From Glaciecola sp. HTCC2999 (GTDB lineage: Bacteria > Pseudomonadota > Gammaproteobacteria > Enterobacterales > Alteromonadaceae), in contig CATECQ010000008.1 of the NCBI GenBank assembly GCA_949498985.1, forward strand, positions 11,586 to 75,585: a stretch of 64,000 bases of DNA, read 5' to 3'. The notes under the pieces are model-generated. The model saw nothing but the letters and a program-made list of their open reading frames with translations, did not search any database and was not told where the DNA came from. Below are positions 63,333-64,000 of the stretch, in pieces. Every line of letters starts with the position of its first letter. Positions within the stretch are counted from its first letter, which is position 1. The position numbers were made by a program, and so were the translations under genes.

Positions 63333-64000
63333 TTAATCAACAATATCACTGGGTAGATCATCGCGTATCTCAGCCCAAATTTTACCACTCTCGATACCAT
63401 ATTGACGAACTAATAACGGAACACGTTGAGGTTCGTCTTCGTCAATCAGCTTGAGTAAGTCTTGATAAAATTGTGTCGCCAACTCACGGGCACTGTCATG
63501 CGAAAAATAATAAGAACCGATACGTGCATACATGCCTTTAAAACCGTTCATTAATAACACATAAATATTGTTATTTGAGGCAAACGCTAAGTCATGGTTC
63601 ATTTGGTAATCAAACTGAGCAAAAGCCAGTCCTGTTGGTTCAACATCCGCATAACGCGCAATAATTTCACGCGCCCTGGCAGGATTGTGCTTGAACGCCC
63701 CGCGAATAAATACGGCACTGACGTTAGTCCGTGCAGCCAGTAAATTATCAACAAGTTCTTTAATATTTGTCGGGTCCAGTCGGGCTAACGTTTCCAAAAT
63801 ATTTAACCCGCATGTTTCCCAATAATTGTTAACTTTAGTCGGCTTACCGTGTTGGATAGTCAACCAGCCATCACGTGCTAGGCGTTGTAATACCTCGCGA
63901 AGGGTCGTACGGGTAACACCAATCAATTCTGAGAGCTCACGCTCTGCAGGTAAGATAGTGCCTGGAGGGAAACGACCACTCCAAATAGACTCAACAATGT
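63333..64000 (-). CDS. fadR: Fatty acid metabolism regulator FadR; 5' end outside the window
   Basis: [54 protein letters not shown]. Confidence 0.95.
   Translation of the reverse strand, partial: IVESIWSGRFPPGTILPAERELSELIGVTRTTLREVLQRLARDGWLTIQHGKPTKVNNYWETCGLNILETLARLDPTNIKELVDNLLAARTNVSAVFIRGAFKHNPARAREIIARYADVEPTGLAFAQFDYQMNHDLAFASNNNIYVLLMNGFKGMYARIGSYYFSHDSARELATQFYQDLLKLIDEDEPQRVPLLVRQYGIESGKIWAEIRDDLPSDIVD

Overview
Chromosomal window of a marine gammaproteobacterium; gene order and protein style suggest Alteromonadales (inference). Most of it is ordinary housekeeping backbone: recC, dcd-metG, gloB-mltD, cysS-ppiB-lpxH, purF-cvpA-dedD-folC-accD-truA-fimV-asd-pdxB, fabB/mnmC, fadH and fadR. 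The accessory content lies mainly between 7 and 30 kb. (1) A rearranged Zur-type zinc-starvation cluster appears to run directly into a GlyGly-CTERM-anchored GH16 glucanase. (2) A ~6.8 kb element is integrated in tRNA-Pro(GGG). It encodes a tyrosine integrase, AlpA, two small ORFs missing from the ORF track, an HUH inovirus-Gp2/YagK-type protein, a GT25 cargo gene and two broken IS3-family elements. It appears to have swapped the tRNA 3' half for a compensated variant. (3) A MacB-type ABC operon has three different periplasmic adaptors behind a CpxR-like triple repeat. Two genes (rnj, epmC) seem to need ATT start codons. All calls come from reading the sequence and recalled family motifs; no searches were run.
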